DNA from: a virus
DNA length: 64,000 nt
Direction: 5' to 3' (one strand)
Virus record (IMG/VR): IMGVR_UViG_3300030101_001745
Coordinates: 37,547-101,546 of that record
Notes under the pieces: generated by a model
Database searches by the model: none
The model's input: only the letters and a program-made list of their open reading frames with translations
What the model was told of the DNA's origin: nothing
Program-made: the position numbers and the translations under genes
Part shown: positions 19,999 to 28,688 of the stretch, one piece after another
Layout of the letters: every line of letters begins with the position of its first letter
Position numbering within the stretch: the first letter of the stretch is position 1

Positions 19999-20766
19999 CT
20001 ATCGCCTCAAGTAAGGTGCTTTGACCAACAAAGAGTTAGCAGTAGTTATGATAACCGGAGAGTCATCTCGCAAATAAAGAGTCACATAGTTGTCGCTTCC
20101 CAGAAACTTGGTAATGTTACCAGTAAACTCAACAGATGCACCATCACCACTTGACTCAGCAACGAGTATGTCAGCAGTAAATCCGTCTGTCATACTACGT
20201 TGACTCGATAGGGTCAAGGACTCACCATCAAAGACAAACTTGTATCTAGCCAAGTTAGTGACATCACAACCCTTCACCGCATTGAGCAACTCCGTGGTTG
20301 GTATCTTCACCATGTTGTCATACTTGGTCTTACCAAACGTGGGGTAGTCTTCTTCTGAAAGGATTGCATCAAACCTCTCCCTAACTAGATTCACCATAGT
20401 GATTGCCGGATGCTCTACGACAACAGGTAACTTAGCCTTACTGTTACCATCGTCTAGAGTCACAAAGCCATCAACCGACATGGTGACATCATCCTCAAAG
20501 GGACTCAGATACTTACCCAACTTGGTGATATCCAACACACACGTTCCGTCTAGCGAATCACCATCCTCTTGCAATATACTATCTTTAATAATACAAGCAG
20601 TAGTGTTGTCACCATTGGTTAGTATTGTCTGACCATTCACCACTTCGATGTGAACGTAGTTGGATAGTACGCCATTCTTTGCAGACTCACCATCGTAATA
20701 CTTTCCTCTCATCTCTACTCTATCTAACATTTCATTAAATTCATTCTTCTTCATTTCTATTCTCAT
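19999..20766 (-). CDS. pcn: PCNA-like sliding clamp
   Basis: 255 aa acidic protein with a two-domain beta/alpha pattern and 'VTLYLRDDSPVII...KAP' C-terminus; adjacent to polB; RFC present. Confidence 0.7.
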   Translation of the reverse strand: MRIEMKKNEFNEMLDRVEMRGKYYDGESAKNGVLSNYVHIEVVNGQTILTNGDNTTACIIKDSILQEDGDSLDGTCVLDITKLGKYLSPFEDDVTMSVDGFVTLDDGNSKAKLPVVVEHPAITMVNLVRERFDAILSEEDYPTFGKTKYDNMVKIPTTELLNAVKGCDVTNLARYKFVFDGESLTLSSQRSMTDGFTADILVAESSGDGASVEFTGNITKFLGSDNYVTLYLRDDSPVIITTANSLLVKAPYLRR

Positions 20767-20888
20767 TTTTATTCCTCAAATATTCTTCATATTCTCCTTC
20801 CAATGTTCCCCAATCCTCACATTCGGAACATACTGTAGCACCATAATAGCACAGGTTCTCATGACAAACCGTACATTCAACTGCGTGT

Positions 20889-21176
20889 CTATTCTTCCCC
20901 ATGATTCATCGCCTCATATCTTGCAAGTCGTTGCTCTAACTCAAACTTACCAAACTCTATCACAGACCGTAGAGATGTCTCAAACTTCTCATCTCCGAAC
21001 AGGCTTGCCATTCTGTAGGGTATCACTATCAAACAGTCACATGCATCACAACATCTACCATCAGCAACAGGTTGAGCATTGTTTCCATGTGTCCAATACA
21101 CCTTACCATTGTGGCTTCTGTGTTCTATGTCTTTCTTACAAAGAACACATTGTATAACTTCCTCACTCATACCCAT
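20889..21176 (-). CDS. Small Zn-binding protein
   Basis: 'CVLC...GNNAQPVADGRCCDAC'. Confidence 0.6.
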   Translation of the reverse strand: MGMSEEVIQCVLCKKDIEHRSHNGKVYWTHGNNAQPVADGRCCDACDCLIVIPYRMASLFGDEKFETSLRSVIEFGKFELEQRLARYEAMNHGEE

Positions 21177-22033
21177 CCCGCCATACTAGCAGTAGGACAT
21201 ATGCTGAAATAACTGCAACTAGCACAAGACCTTTCGTTGTACTTACCTTCAAAGGCATTATTCTCGTAAGCATGTACCAAGTTGGCGATGCCTTTCAACA
21301 TAGCACTCTCACTAATCTTCTTCACCTTCTCCACTTGGATATGGTTTGCTACGGGAAAGTACCAACCCCAATGGGTCATCTCATATTGTGGGTCTATGCC
21401 CTTTTCTCTAAGGTGAGCATCAGTTGATTCATCAAATAGCAACTTGTAGAATGCCATTTCCTTTCTCATACCTGTAGCCTTATGTTTGCCCCATGCACCT
21501 GTTTTCAACTCCATGGGAATGTAACCACCTTCACTGAAATACAACCTGTCGATTATACCTTGCAGGTGAACCAGATAGTTTCTCTTTAACTCAACATGGT
21601 CAAAGGCACTAGCCCTAACTAGAAACTCAGCATCCAACATTACTTCATTTAAGACTGGTAGGAAATCCTCAGTTTCTCCTTCATCCTTAGCATCCATCAA
21701 ACGATTAGCATCGAAACATGCCATCGAATAGTAGACATCTGTGTAGTCATCTATTGGATAGAGACTGTAGTTGTATGCTATCAATTCCTCTAGTGTCTCC
21801 ATACTCTCTGCCTTCTTCAAGTCGTAGACGTTGAAGTAATCCTCTCTGGCATTGTGTATGATAGTCCCTTTGGTCATAGCCTCAGTAGTATCCTGTGGTA
21901 GTCTCTCTCGATAGTTGAAGTGATATTTCTGTGGACACCAGTTGTATGAGCCTTGCGAAGATTTTGTTATCTTCAATATAGGCCCATCTGGATACTCATC
22001 TACCTTCCAATCATATGTGAATTCTCTCATCAT
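21167..22033 (-). CDS. Cas4/RecB-like PD-(D/E)xK exonuclease
   Basis: N-terminal 'CP', 'GTIIH', 'GIIDRL...ELKTG', C-terminal CxxCxYxxxC Fe-S motif. Confidence 0.85.
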   Translation of the reverse strand: MMREFTYDWKVDEYPDGPILKITKSSQGSYNWCPQKYHFNYRERLPQDTTEAMTKGTIIHNAREDYFNVYDLKKAESMETLEELIAYNYSLYPIDDYTDVYYSMACFDANRLMDAKDEGETEDFLPVLNEVMLDAEFLVRASAFDHVELKRNYLVHLQGIIDRLYFSEGGYIPMELKTGAWGKHKATGMRKEMAFYKLLFDESTDAHLREKGIDPQYEMTHWGWYFPVANHIQVEKVKKISESAMLKGIANLVHAYENNAFEGKYNERSCASCSYFSICPTASMAGWV

Positions 22034-22293
22034 TCTTTCAAGTCTCCTATGGGGTTATTCTTCTTCATTCCATACCACCCTTCTGTTACGAAGGGCAGAC
22101 CCATATACTCAGCATAGTGCTTCTCTGTGCAGAAACCTCTGATGCCTACAGGCGTATCTTCAACGTAGAAGGTAGCAGGTTCATCGCACAATGCACAAGT
22201 GAACACTTCTCTATGTCTGAATTCAGCCAACTTACTTTTTGAAAGACCTATGATTACTTTAGCACCTGTTGGGTCTGCCCTTCCATACTTCAT
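22030..22293 (-). CDS. Small TRASH/Zn-finger-like protein
   Basis: CALC...FCTEKH. Confidence 0.5.
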   Translation of the reverse strand: MKYGRADPTGAKVIIGLSKSKLAEFRHREVFTCALCDEPATFYVEDTPVGIRGFCTEKHYAEYMGLPFVTEGWYGMKKNNPIGDLKE

Positions 22294-22473
22294 CTAAAGC
22301 ACCTCGTAGAGCAGTATGACATTCACCAATATAGAAATCCAACATGCAGTCTTCCAGAAACCCTCTCTTTTGATGTGGAAGTTGTGCATCCACATAACTA
22401 AGTCATTGGCTTCCTTGTCCTTGGCCTTGTAGTATTCCTCATCCGTTTCGTAATGATATCTCTTGACTGACAT
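22294..22473 (-). CDS. Small membrane protein (not in ORF track)
   Basis: 59 aa MSVKRYHY...WISILVNVILLYEVL; fills the gap with coupled junctions. Confidence 0.5.
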   Translation of the reverse strand: MSVKRYHYETDEEYYKAKDKEANDLVMWMHNFHIKREGFWKTACWISILVNVILLYEVL

Positions 22474-23351
22474 CAGAACCTACCTTCCACAAACGGGGGG
22501 AACCCGAACCATTCGTTTTCCTTCTCCCCAGAGTTGACCTTGAAGGTTTCCCAAGTCTTACCAACTGCTGAAGGATTGGTCTTGCAATCTCTTAAGATAG
22601 CCTTGTAGGACACATCGTTTCCAAGAGTTACCTTCTCGCACCATACAGTCTGTAGCATTCTCTGTGGTGTGTTCTTGTGCCAATCTGCTTCCCAATGTGT
22701 TGGGCCTTCGCTTAGATTAGCACTACCATAGATAGGCTTCAGGTGTGTGATGATGAACCTATGTGTATCTAGGTTCATGAATGTATCTTGTATTCTCTTG
22801 TAGATATCATTTCTTACCTTCCATTGGAAAGGTTTCACAGTCAGATTGATTGTATCTCTAATGATGTCCTGTCTGTCTTGGTTCATGTTCACCAATGCTT
22901 CTCGCATTATGTCTCCAGAACCATCGTACACCTTGTCCATACCATCTATTGCAACTGCCTTTACCTTGCCTTTCTCAATCTCTTCCTTGGTTTCATCTAG
23001 CCATGCTAGAGCATTCTCAAAGGTTTCATTCCAATCATACGTTCCATCTGCTCTCAGAACATTAGGAACGTAGATGTCTATTCCTTCATCTCTATCATGA
23101 GCAGAATCCCATGTAGCCAAAGCACCGTCATCGAAGTCAAGTACACGAACCGTGTACCCATCTTTCTTCTCCTGTTCGCTTCTGCAATCTAGAACGATAC
23201 CTGTCTTGGTAGTCTTGGGATGCCCAAGGACTGCACAGAGAAGAAACTCATTGTCTCTCCTTTGTCTAGCAAGTCTCTGTTGCCTTATTGCTTCTCTTCG
23301 TTCTTCATAAGATATCCTATCTTCTTTCTTGTTCGTTGTATTCCATGCCAT
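22473..23351 (-). CDS. P-loop ATPase (Sak4/AAA_24-like recombination protein)
   Basis: Walker A 'GHPKTTKT', 'VLDFDDG', Walker B 'VAIDG', 'IITH'; located between Cas4-like nuclease and SSB. Confidence 0.65.
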   Translation of the reverse strand: MAWNTTNKKEDRISYEERREAIRQQRLARQRRDNEFLLCAVLGHPKTTKTGIVLDCRSEQEKKDGYTVRVLDFDDGALATWDSAHDRDEGIDIYVPNVLRADGTYDWNETFENALAWLDETKEEIEKGKVKAVAIDGMDKVYDGSGDIMREALVNMNQDRQDIIRDTINLTVKPFQWKVRNDIYKRIQDTFMNLDTHRFIITHLKPIYGSANLSEGPTHWEADWHKNTPQRMLQTVWCEKVTLGNDVSYKAILRDCKTNPSAVGKTWETFKVNSGEKENEWFGFPPFVEGRF

Positions 23352-23613
23352 CATTATCACCATTTTCATATTGTACCTTATCATTTCCTGTTATCTTTAG
23401 GAGTTTATTTAGTCCTTCATAGGACACTCTGAGCCTTATCTCCTTACCAGACATGGTATGGAGTTTAACCCAGAACTCACCAGTTTCGTGGTTCTTCTTC
23501 CAAGTAGTGAAGTCAACGTTGTTCACAGGGACAGAATAACTGCCCCCATGAATTACGTGGTCACCGCTTCCCATTGATGAGATTGTGAATGAGGGATAAT
23601 ATCCCTTACTCAC
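23317..23613 (-). CDS. Hypothetical protein (PH-like beta protein)
   Basis: ATGA overlap with the RPA-like gene. Confidence 0.5.
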   Translation of the reverse strand: MSKGYYPSFTISSMGSGDHVIHGGSYSVPVNNVDFTTWKKNHETGEFWVKLHTMSGKEIRLRVSYEGLNKLLKITGNDKVQYENGDNDGMEYNEQERR

Positions 23614-24929
23614 TTGTCTCCCTCGCTAAAGCCTAGGTCATCAGCATCGGGTAAAATCCAGTCATCATCATCACCATCGCTAGTGATTGCATCTGGAACC
23701 GAGCCTGTGATACTGGTAGGTAGTAGCCCTAGTACATTGATTGATACTGGTCTTAACTCACCAGTCTCTTGGTCTGTACCTTGGGTTGTTCTTCCTACTA
23801 CTACGACCTCAGAACCGATACCGAAGTTGATTGGTATCTTCTCTGGAATCCAACATGTCACACCTAGAGACTGTTGCTCCCCACCATAGTCGAAGTCACC
23901 TGCTCCGAAGGTAGTGATGTCATCTAGGTTGATTATCCTGTTTCCAGTCTTCTCTGATACATTCATGTTGATGCTATTCACAGTACCATCCGTGAAGACG
24001 AACCTATCTGTGTAAGCCTTCTCTTCGACAGTAGCGTGGTACGCCTCAAGGTCGATTAGAGGACTGTAGTTAGCAGACGAATGCTCCATGAGTGCATCTT
24101 GGAATTCACTCACATCCTCGTCATCAAAGTCCATCTTCAACTCATGGGTGTTATCTAGGTCATCGTCATACAGCAGAGAACCTAGGGTCGTTGCCTTAGC
24201 CCCATGTATCTTGCTTGGGTCGTTGCTATTCAAGACACAGGAGAAGTGTAGAAGCCTGAAGGTATCTGGTGTGAACTCTTCAGCAGATGGGCCTCGGTAG
24301 TGGAAGAACCACTTACCCATCTTACCATCTACCATTCCGAAGAATACACCTTGCATTCTCCATTCCTCCTTTGGTAGAGGTTTTCCATACCGAGCCTTGT
24401 TCCAGTCTTGGTCAAGCGTGTCTAGGGGAATCACAAAGGTTCCCTCGCTTACCTCAACGTGGTTCTCAGGTAGTTGTGGTAGGTTCTTCTCTACTTCCTT
24501 ACCTCGGTATGTCTGCTTCACATCATACGTTCCGTCAGACGTAGCAGTAGCGATAGCAACAATACCCATGTTGTAGGCATTACTACCATCTCTCTCGTAC
24601 TCAGCAACTGCTTTCTCCCTCTGAATCGCCATCATATCAAACGGGTCATCGGCAGTTGCAAAGAAGCCAGATGCTTGCTTGTAAAACGCATTGCTTCCAC
24701 CGGAGTTACTGCTTCCGGCAGGTGCAGGTTTTGCTTGCATTGACCTCAAGTTGACGAAATACTGTCGCCATAACGACAGAGCCAACTGCTCATTCTCGGA
24801 GGGGTCTACGTTGTTCTTTTCACAGATTGACGTAAACTTCTCCAATGCTTCTTCAACATCCATTCCTAGATGCTTCGCGGCATTTCCTATTTCTGTTTCC
24901 ATTTTCTTACTTATTTCCATTTTTTTCAC
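23610..24929 (-). CDS. RPA/SSB-like OB-fold ssDNA-binding protein
   Basis: N-terminal helical domain, OB-like C-terminus ('GSEVVVVGRT...INVLG') and acidic tail; replication context. Confidence 0.6.
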   Translation of the reverse strand: MKKMEISKKMETEIGNAAKHLGMDVEEALEKFTSICEKNNVDPSENEQLALSLWRQYFVNLRSMQAKPAPAGSSNSGGSNAFYKQASGFFATADDPFDMMAIQREKAVAEYERDGSNAYNMGIVAIATATSDGTYDVKQTYRGKEVEKNLPQLPENHVEVSEGTFVIPLDTLDQDWNKARYGKPLPKEEWRMQGVFFGMVDGKMGKWFFHYRGPSAEEFTPDTFRLLHFSCVLNSNDPSKIHGAKATTLGSLLYDDDLDNTHELKMDFDDEDVSEFQDALMEHSSANYSPLIDLEAYHATVEEKAYTDRFVFTDGTVNSINMNVSEKTGNRIINLDDITTFGAGDFDYGGEQQSLGVTCWIPEKIPINFGIGSEVVVVGRTTQGTDQETGELRPVSINVLGLLPTSITGSVPDAITSDGDDDDWILPDADDLGFSEGDK

Positions 24930-25181
24930 CTATTGTTTTCTTTTTTTTGTTTTTAGAATTTCCAATACGGCTTCGGCACTTATGACCACTCCGGCCAATA
25001 TCCAAAACCAATCGGAATCTAATGTTAATACCCCTGCTAGTTTTAGCAAGGGGAGTATAGTTAGGAGTAATCCCCCAACTAGTATTATCTCATACCTTAG
25101 CATGAGATGTTTGAAGTCGTCAAAGTTAACTTCGCCGTCTTCATTCAAATCTAATATTTTCTTCACCATTATTATCACCAT
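24930..25181 (-). CDS. Small membrane protein with EF-hand-like motif
   Basis: 'DLNEDGEVNFDDF' followed by two hydrophobic helices and a basic tail. Confidence 0.6.
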   Translation of the reverse strand: MVIIMVKKILDLNEDGEVNFDDFKHLMLRYEIILVGGLLLTILPLLKLAGVLTLDSDWFWILAGVVISAEAVLEILKTKKRKQ

Positions 25182-25272
25182 TCATATTACCATCTTCCTC
25201 TCGGCCCGCTATCCATTAGTTTGTAAATAAATCTCCATACAACAAATATCAATAGAACCGTCAAGCCATCCA

Positions 25273-26190
25273 TCAAATCAACTGTCCTATCATCCAAGAA
25301 GCCAGAACCTTTGGAGTCATATTACTGCTTCTCCATTCTGCCTCTCCGATGACCCTCAACATTTTGAATTTTCTATCGGAATCCATATCAGACTTAATAA
25401 CAACATCATGGAGATTAATGCAAATCTCCTTCATTGTCGCAGAGTCTTGAATCAATTTATGCACACCCGATATAGAATTGTCATAGTCATTAGAATTTAG
25501 ATTAGATACTAGTGTTGTATATGGTTGAAGGGACTTGTCTATCTGGCTTGAGAGTGTCGAATCACTATTCACAGATGCCTGTAACTCGCCTATCCCCCTT
25601 CTCAAATCACCATGTAAGTGACTAATAAAAGTTGTCAAGTCCTCTATGGTGTACCGATTCTTGTGTCCTTCTTGGTCTAGGATGTCACATAGGACATCCA
25701 TGATGTGGTCATCACTAATCCTGCCGAAGCCATAGTTTGCACATCTAGATTGTAGTGGATAGATAATCCTGAACTTCTCATTGGCAGTCATGATGAATCT
25801 GCAATTATCAGCATACCTCTCCATGATTCTCTTGAGAGCGTTCTGCGAATCCTTGGTCATACCATCCATCTCATCCAATAGGATAATCTTGAATGGTGCA
25901 TCACCGATGACTTGGGTAGAAGCAATCTCCTTGATTTTGTTTCTAACCGTATCCAACCTTCTGTCGTCTGATGCATTAATCTCAAAGAAGTTACCAGACT
26001 TGAATTCGCCTAGTATCTCATTGGACAAAGCAGTAGCCGCCGCAGTCTTACCTACACCTGCTACACCATACAACAAGACGTTCATCATGTCATCTGGATT
26101 CTTCACCCATCTCTCAGCATCCATAACGAATCCCGGTTGTCCAACTATCTTGCTCAATCTATCTGGTCTATATTTCTCTGTCCACAACAT
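25273..26190 (-). CDS. rfcS: Replication factor C small subunit (clamp loader)
   Basis: 'WTEKYRP', Walker A 'GVAGVGKT', 'EINASD', 'LDEMD', 'LQSRC', 'GDLR'. Confidence 0.95.
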   Translation of the reverse strand: MLWTEKYRPDRLSKIVGQPGFVMDAERWVKNPDDMMNVLLYGVAGVGKTAAATALSNEILGEFKSGNFFEINASDDRRLDTVRNKIKEIASTQVIGDAPFKIILLDEMDGMTKDSQNALKRIMERYADNCRFIMTANEKFRIIYPLQSRCANYGFGRISDDHIMDVLCDILDQEGHKNRYTIEDLTTFISHLHGDLRRGIGELQASVNSDSTLSSQIDKSLQPYTTLVSNLNSNDYDNSISGVHKLIQDSATMKEICINLHDVVIKSDMDSDRKFKMLRVIGEAEWRSSNMTPKVLASWMIGQLI

Positions 26191-26705
26191 TATGCATTCA
26201 CCCCGTACCATGATGTATACCACCAAGGTTTGTTCTTCTTCCAAGTAGCAATCCTTGCTTTGTCTTGGATGTAGTATTGTCTGTACTTATCTATCTCAGA
26301 CATATCATCGAATCCCTTGACCTGTCTGCATTTCATGTTCTCTGAAATAGCAATGGCAAAGGGAGTCAATCCTATGTCTGGTAGTGCTTCGACTACATCA
26401 ATCCAAATGTGGTTGTAGTCATTCATTGTTAGTTCGCACTTGTGAGTCTTGCCATACCTAGAGGTATACTCTTCACAAAGAGAACCTGCGTGTTCCCATA
26501 GCCATAGGAAGTTATCTCTGCTTTCCCTAGCCCAGATGGTACAAGGATGGTTCAACATTACTGGTCTGTAAGGGCTATCGAATCCTAGGTAGTCTGCGAT
26601 AGTTGACATCATCTGCAAACTTTCCAAAGGCATCTTTACTACGTGCTTGTCGATTACGTTGCTTGCTGAAACAACTGGCGACTTATCTGTACAAAATATA
26701 TTCAT
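26190..26705 (-). CDS. Pyrimidine dimer DNA glycosylase (DenV/endonuclease V-like)
   Basis: 'MNIF...DKHVVKMPLE..QMMST...NHPCTIW...EY..RYGK.H...YRQYY...K'. Confidence 0.75.
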   Translation of the reverse strand: MNIFCTDKSPVVSASNVIDKHVVKMPLESLQMMSTIADYLGFDSPYRPVMLNHPCTIWARESRDNFLWLWEHAGSLCEEYTSRYGKTHKCELTMNDYNHIWIDVVEALPDIGLTPFAIAISENMKCRQVKGFDDMSEIDKYRQYYIQDKARIATWKKNKPWWYTSWYGVNA

Positions 26706-26915
26706 TCACTCTTCCTCCTGTATCAATCTCTCTAGGTAAACTGCTAAGTCCATCGCTTCTTCTTGAGCATGGATTAGCCATTCCTTGCGTGTTAGGTCTT
26801 TACGTTCCATAGTAGTGCCGTATTTTCTCTGCCCTGCTACGCTTCTTCTTGCTATCTTTATTATCACATTGTCTTCTATCTCACTCATTGTTTCACATTC
26901 CCTTGATTGTTCCAC
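26706..26915 (-). CDS. Small helical protein, MazG/NTP-pyrophosphatase-like
   Basis: 'RS..G..KYGTTM.R.DL...WL.HAQEEAMDLAVYL' with acidic EExxD. Confidence 0.45.
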   Translation of the reverse strand: MEQSRECETMSEIEDNVIIKIARRSVAGQRKYGTTMERKDLTRKEWLIHAQEEAMDLAVYLERLIQEEE

Positions 26916-27051
26916 GTTATACTGTGGAAATACTCCTTCGCACTCATTGGCTTACTGGTGTTCACCCATCTCATAGGAAATGCTTGCATTCCCGTTCCAG
27001 ATGTTTGTAGCCATATCATTTCTATTCTTTCATCTATTTCTTCTTCCATTT

Positions 27052-27906
27052 TTATATCCACCTTCTTAGGTCATTGTTAGCGTAAGTTACATCTAACTTC
27101 TTCTTTCTTGTCTTAGCACCTAACTTCAACATTCTAGTCTCTGTGCCATCTAATTCGTTCTTCATGTAGGCTTTGAAACCTTCATCTTTCATCAGGTCAG
27201 CGAGAAGGTATCTCTCTGTACCCTTGAGTCCTAACTTGTAGCAAATCTTCTCCAAGTTGTTTCTCTTCATTCTCTTCGGCATTTGTATCTTCCTGTACAT
27301 TCTACCATCATGTGCATACGCAAGCAACTCGTAGAAGTAATCGTTAGACCACCTACGCTTCACTATGCAATCCGCAAATGATAACTTGTTGGGATGCACA
27401 TTAGGAGATAACCAAGAAACAAACTGAACATCCGGTGGGGCATTCAGTTTCAACTTGGTAGCAACATCATCTCTATCTGCATTCTTTAGATAGTCCATTA
27501 CCAAGGAATAGATGTCAATCTCGTAATTGACTGGTTCCTCGGCATGTGGTGCTTTCTCCTTCAACTCATCACGTAGTACCCTAGACCGCTTCAACATACA
27601 CATGTCGAAGATTGGCTTTGGTACATCCTTCTGATTATCAGATGTCAATACCACTTGACCGTTGTATCCAGATAGAGTCCTCATTATCAAATCCTTCTTG
27701 GGTTTGAAATTCACCTCTTGGATTATGATACCCCTCTCTAATGGGATGCTCCAGATATCCTCGATGTCATACTCATTAGCGTATGTGATAATCGGAGTAT
27801 CTGATACGAAAGACATCGCTTTGTCTATCTTCTTGCTTCCGGGTTTTCCTACAATTATTATTGGTTTGCTATCATTATGTTTCTTTATCGTTTTTATTAA
27901 ACTCAT
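27052..27906 (-). CDS. Degenerate RFC large-subunit-like protein
   Basis: 'PIIIVGKPGSKK' degenerate Walker A, 'IIIQEV' degenerate Walker B, 'VVLTSDN'; PIP-like C-terminus 'NNDLRRWI'; near rfcS. Confidence 0.55.
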   Translation of the reverse strand: MSLIKTIKKHNDSKPIIIVGKPGSKKIDKAMSFVSDTPIITYANEYDIEDIWSIPLERGIIIQEVNFKPKKDLIMRTLSGYNGQVVLTSDNQKDVPKPIFDMCMLKRSRVLRDELKEKAPHAEEPVNYEIDIYSLVMDYLKNADRDDVATKLKLNAPPDVQFVSWLSPNVHPNKLSFADCIVKRRWSNDYFYELLAYAHDGRMYRKIQMPKRMKRNNLEKICYKLGLKGTERYLLADLMKDEGFKAYMKNELDGTETRMLKLGAKTRKKKLDVTYANNDLRRWI

Positions 27907-28255
27907 TCAATTCGCCTCTTACTTCAAAGAGTTCATCGTAGTGGCAATTACATGAATGGCATTCTACTTGCGCCATGTACCACTTCAATCCATTCTTTAT
28001 TCCATTCTCATCTTCATCTTGGACACCTGCTTCAAAGTAGAAGTGTCCTTCTCTGTTTTCCCCACATTCCCTACATCCCTTCTTCAACATCTCAAATACA
28101 TAGTGGTCGATTATCTCATCATCGGAGATAGGTGGGAATGTAGGCGACATTGATATTCTCAATTGGCATGGGGAACAATGTCTTTTCTGGAACCCCGTTG
28201 GTCGGAGTTCACATCTAGGGCATAGATTGATGCCCTTAATCTCGGTCCTCTTCAC
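27875..28255 (-). CDS. Multi-Cys Zn-ribbon protein
   Basis: Four CxxC pairs. Confidence 0.6.
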   Translation of the reverse strand: MKRTEIKGINLCPRCELRPTGFQKRHCSPCQLRISMSPTFPPISDDEIIDHYVFEMLKKGCRECGENREGHFYFEAGVQDEDENGIKNGLKWYMAQVECHSCNCHYDELFEVRGELNEFNKNDKET

Positions 28256-28265
28256 AGGAATCGTC

Positions 28266-28688
28266 TTAGACTCCTAGTATTTCAATAATCTGATTTAACC
28301 CATCTTGGGTAAGGTGTTCTCCTACAGAGTAGAAAGCCCACACCCTTGCGAACTTTTCCCATCTCCCACCTAGTCTATACTCTAGAGGCAGATTATTTCC
28401 ACAGTTGGGTGCGATTAACATCAAAGCCATCAGATTGTCAATCGAATCAATTCTGGCAATAGTAAGTCCCTTCTTGTTAATCGTAGACTCAATGCGATTT
28501 TGAAGCAATGTTCGTTGCATAGCCTTCAATAACATAGAATGATGCTCATCTATCTTACCTCTTAACTTGAAATTCACCATCATGGTTACTCTGTACCCCA
28601 AAGCAGAGTCTGCATTCTTGGATACTCTGATTACGGGTTGTGCCTTTGCGTAGAGCATTCCCGCAAGATAGTCCCTACTGAACATCAT
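28266..28688 (-). CDS. Degenerate LAGLIDADG-like protein
   Basis: 'YLAGMLYAKA' helix, 'GYRV..MVNF', C-terminal 'GEHLTQDGLNQII' typical of the family. Confidence 0.6.
   Translation of the reverse strand: MMFSRDYLAGMLYAKAQPVIRVSKNADSALGYRVTMMVNFKLRGKIDEHHSMLLKAMQRTLLQNRIESTINKKGLTIARIDSIDNLMALMLIAPNCGNNLPLEYRLGGRWEKFARVWAFYSVGEHLTQDGLNQIIEILGV

Noticed and set aside
21167-22033. Cas4 as evidence of a CRISPR-Cas locus
   Set aside because: Stand-alone Cas4-like nucleases are common in archaeal virus replication modules; no other cas genes are present.
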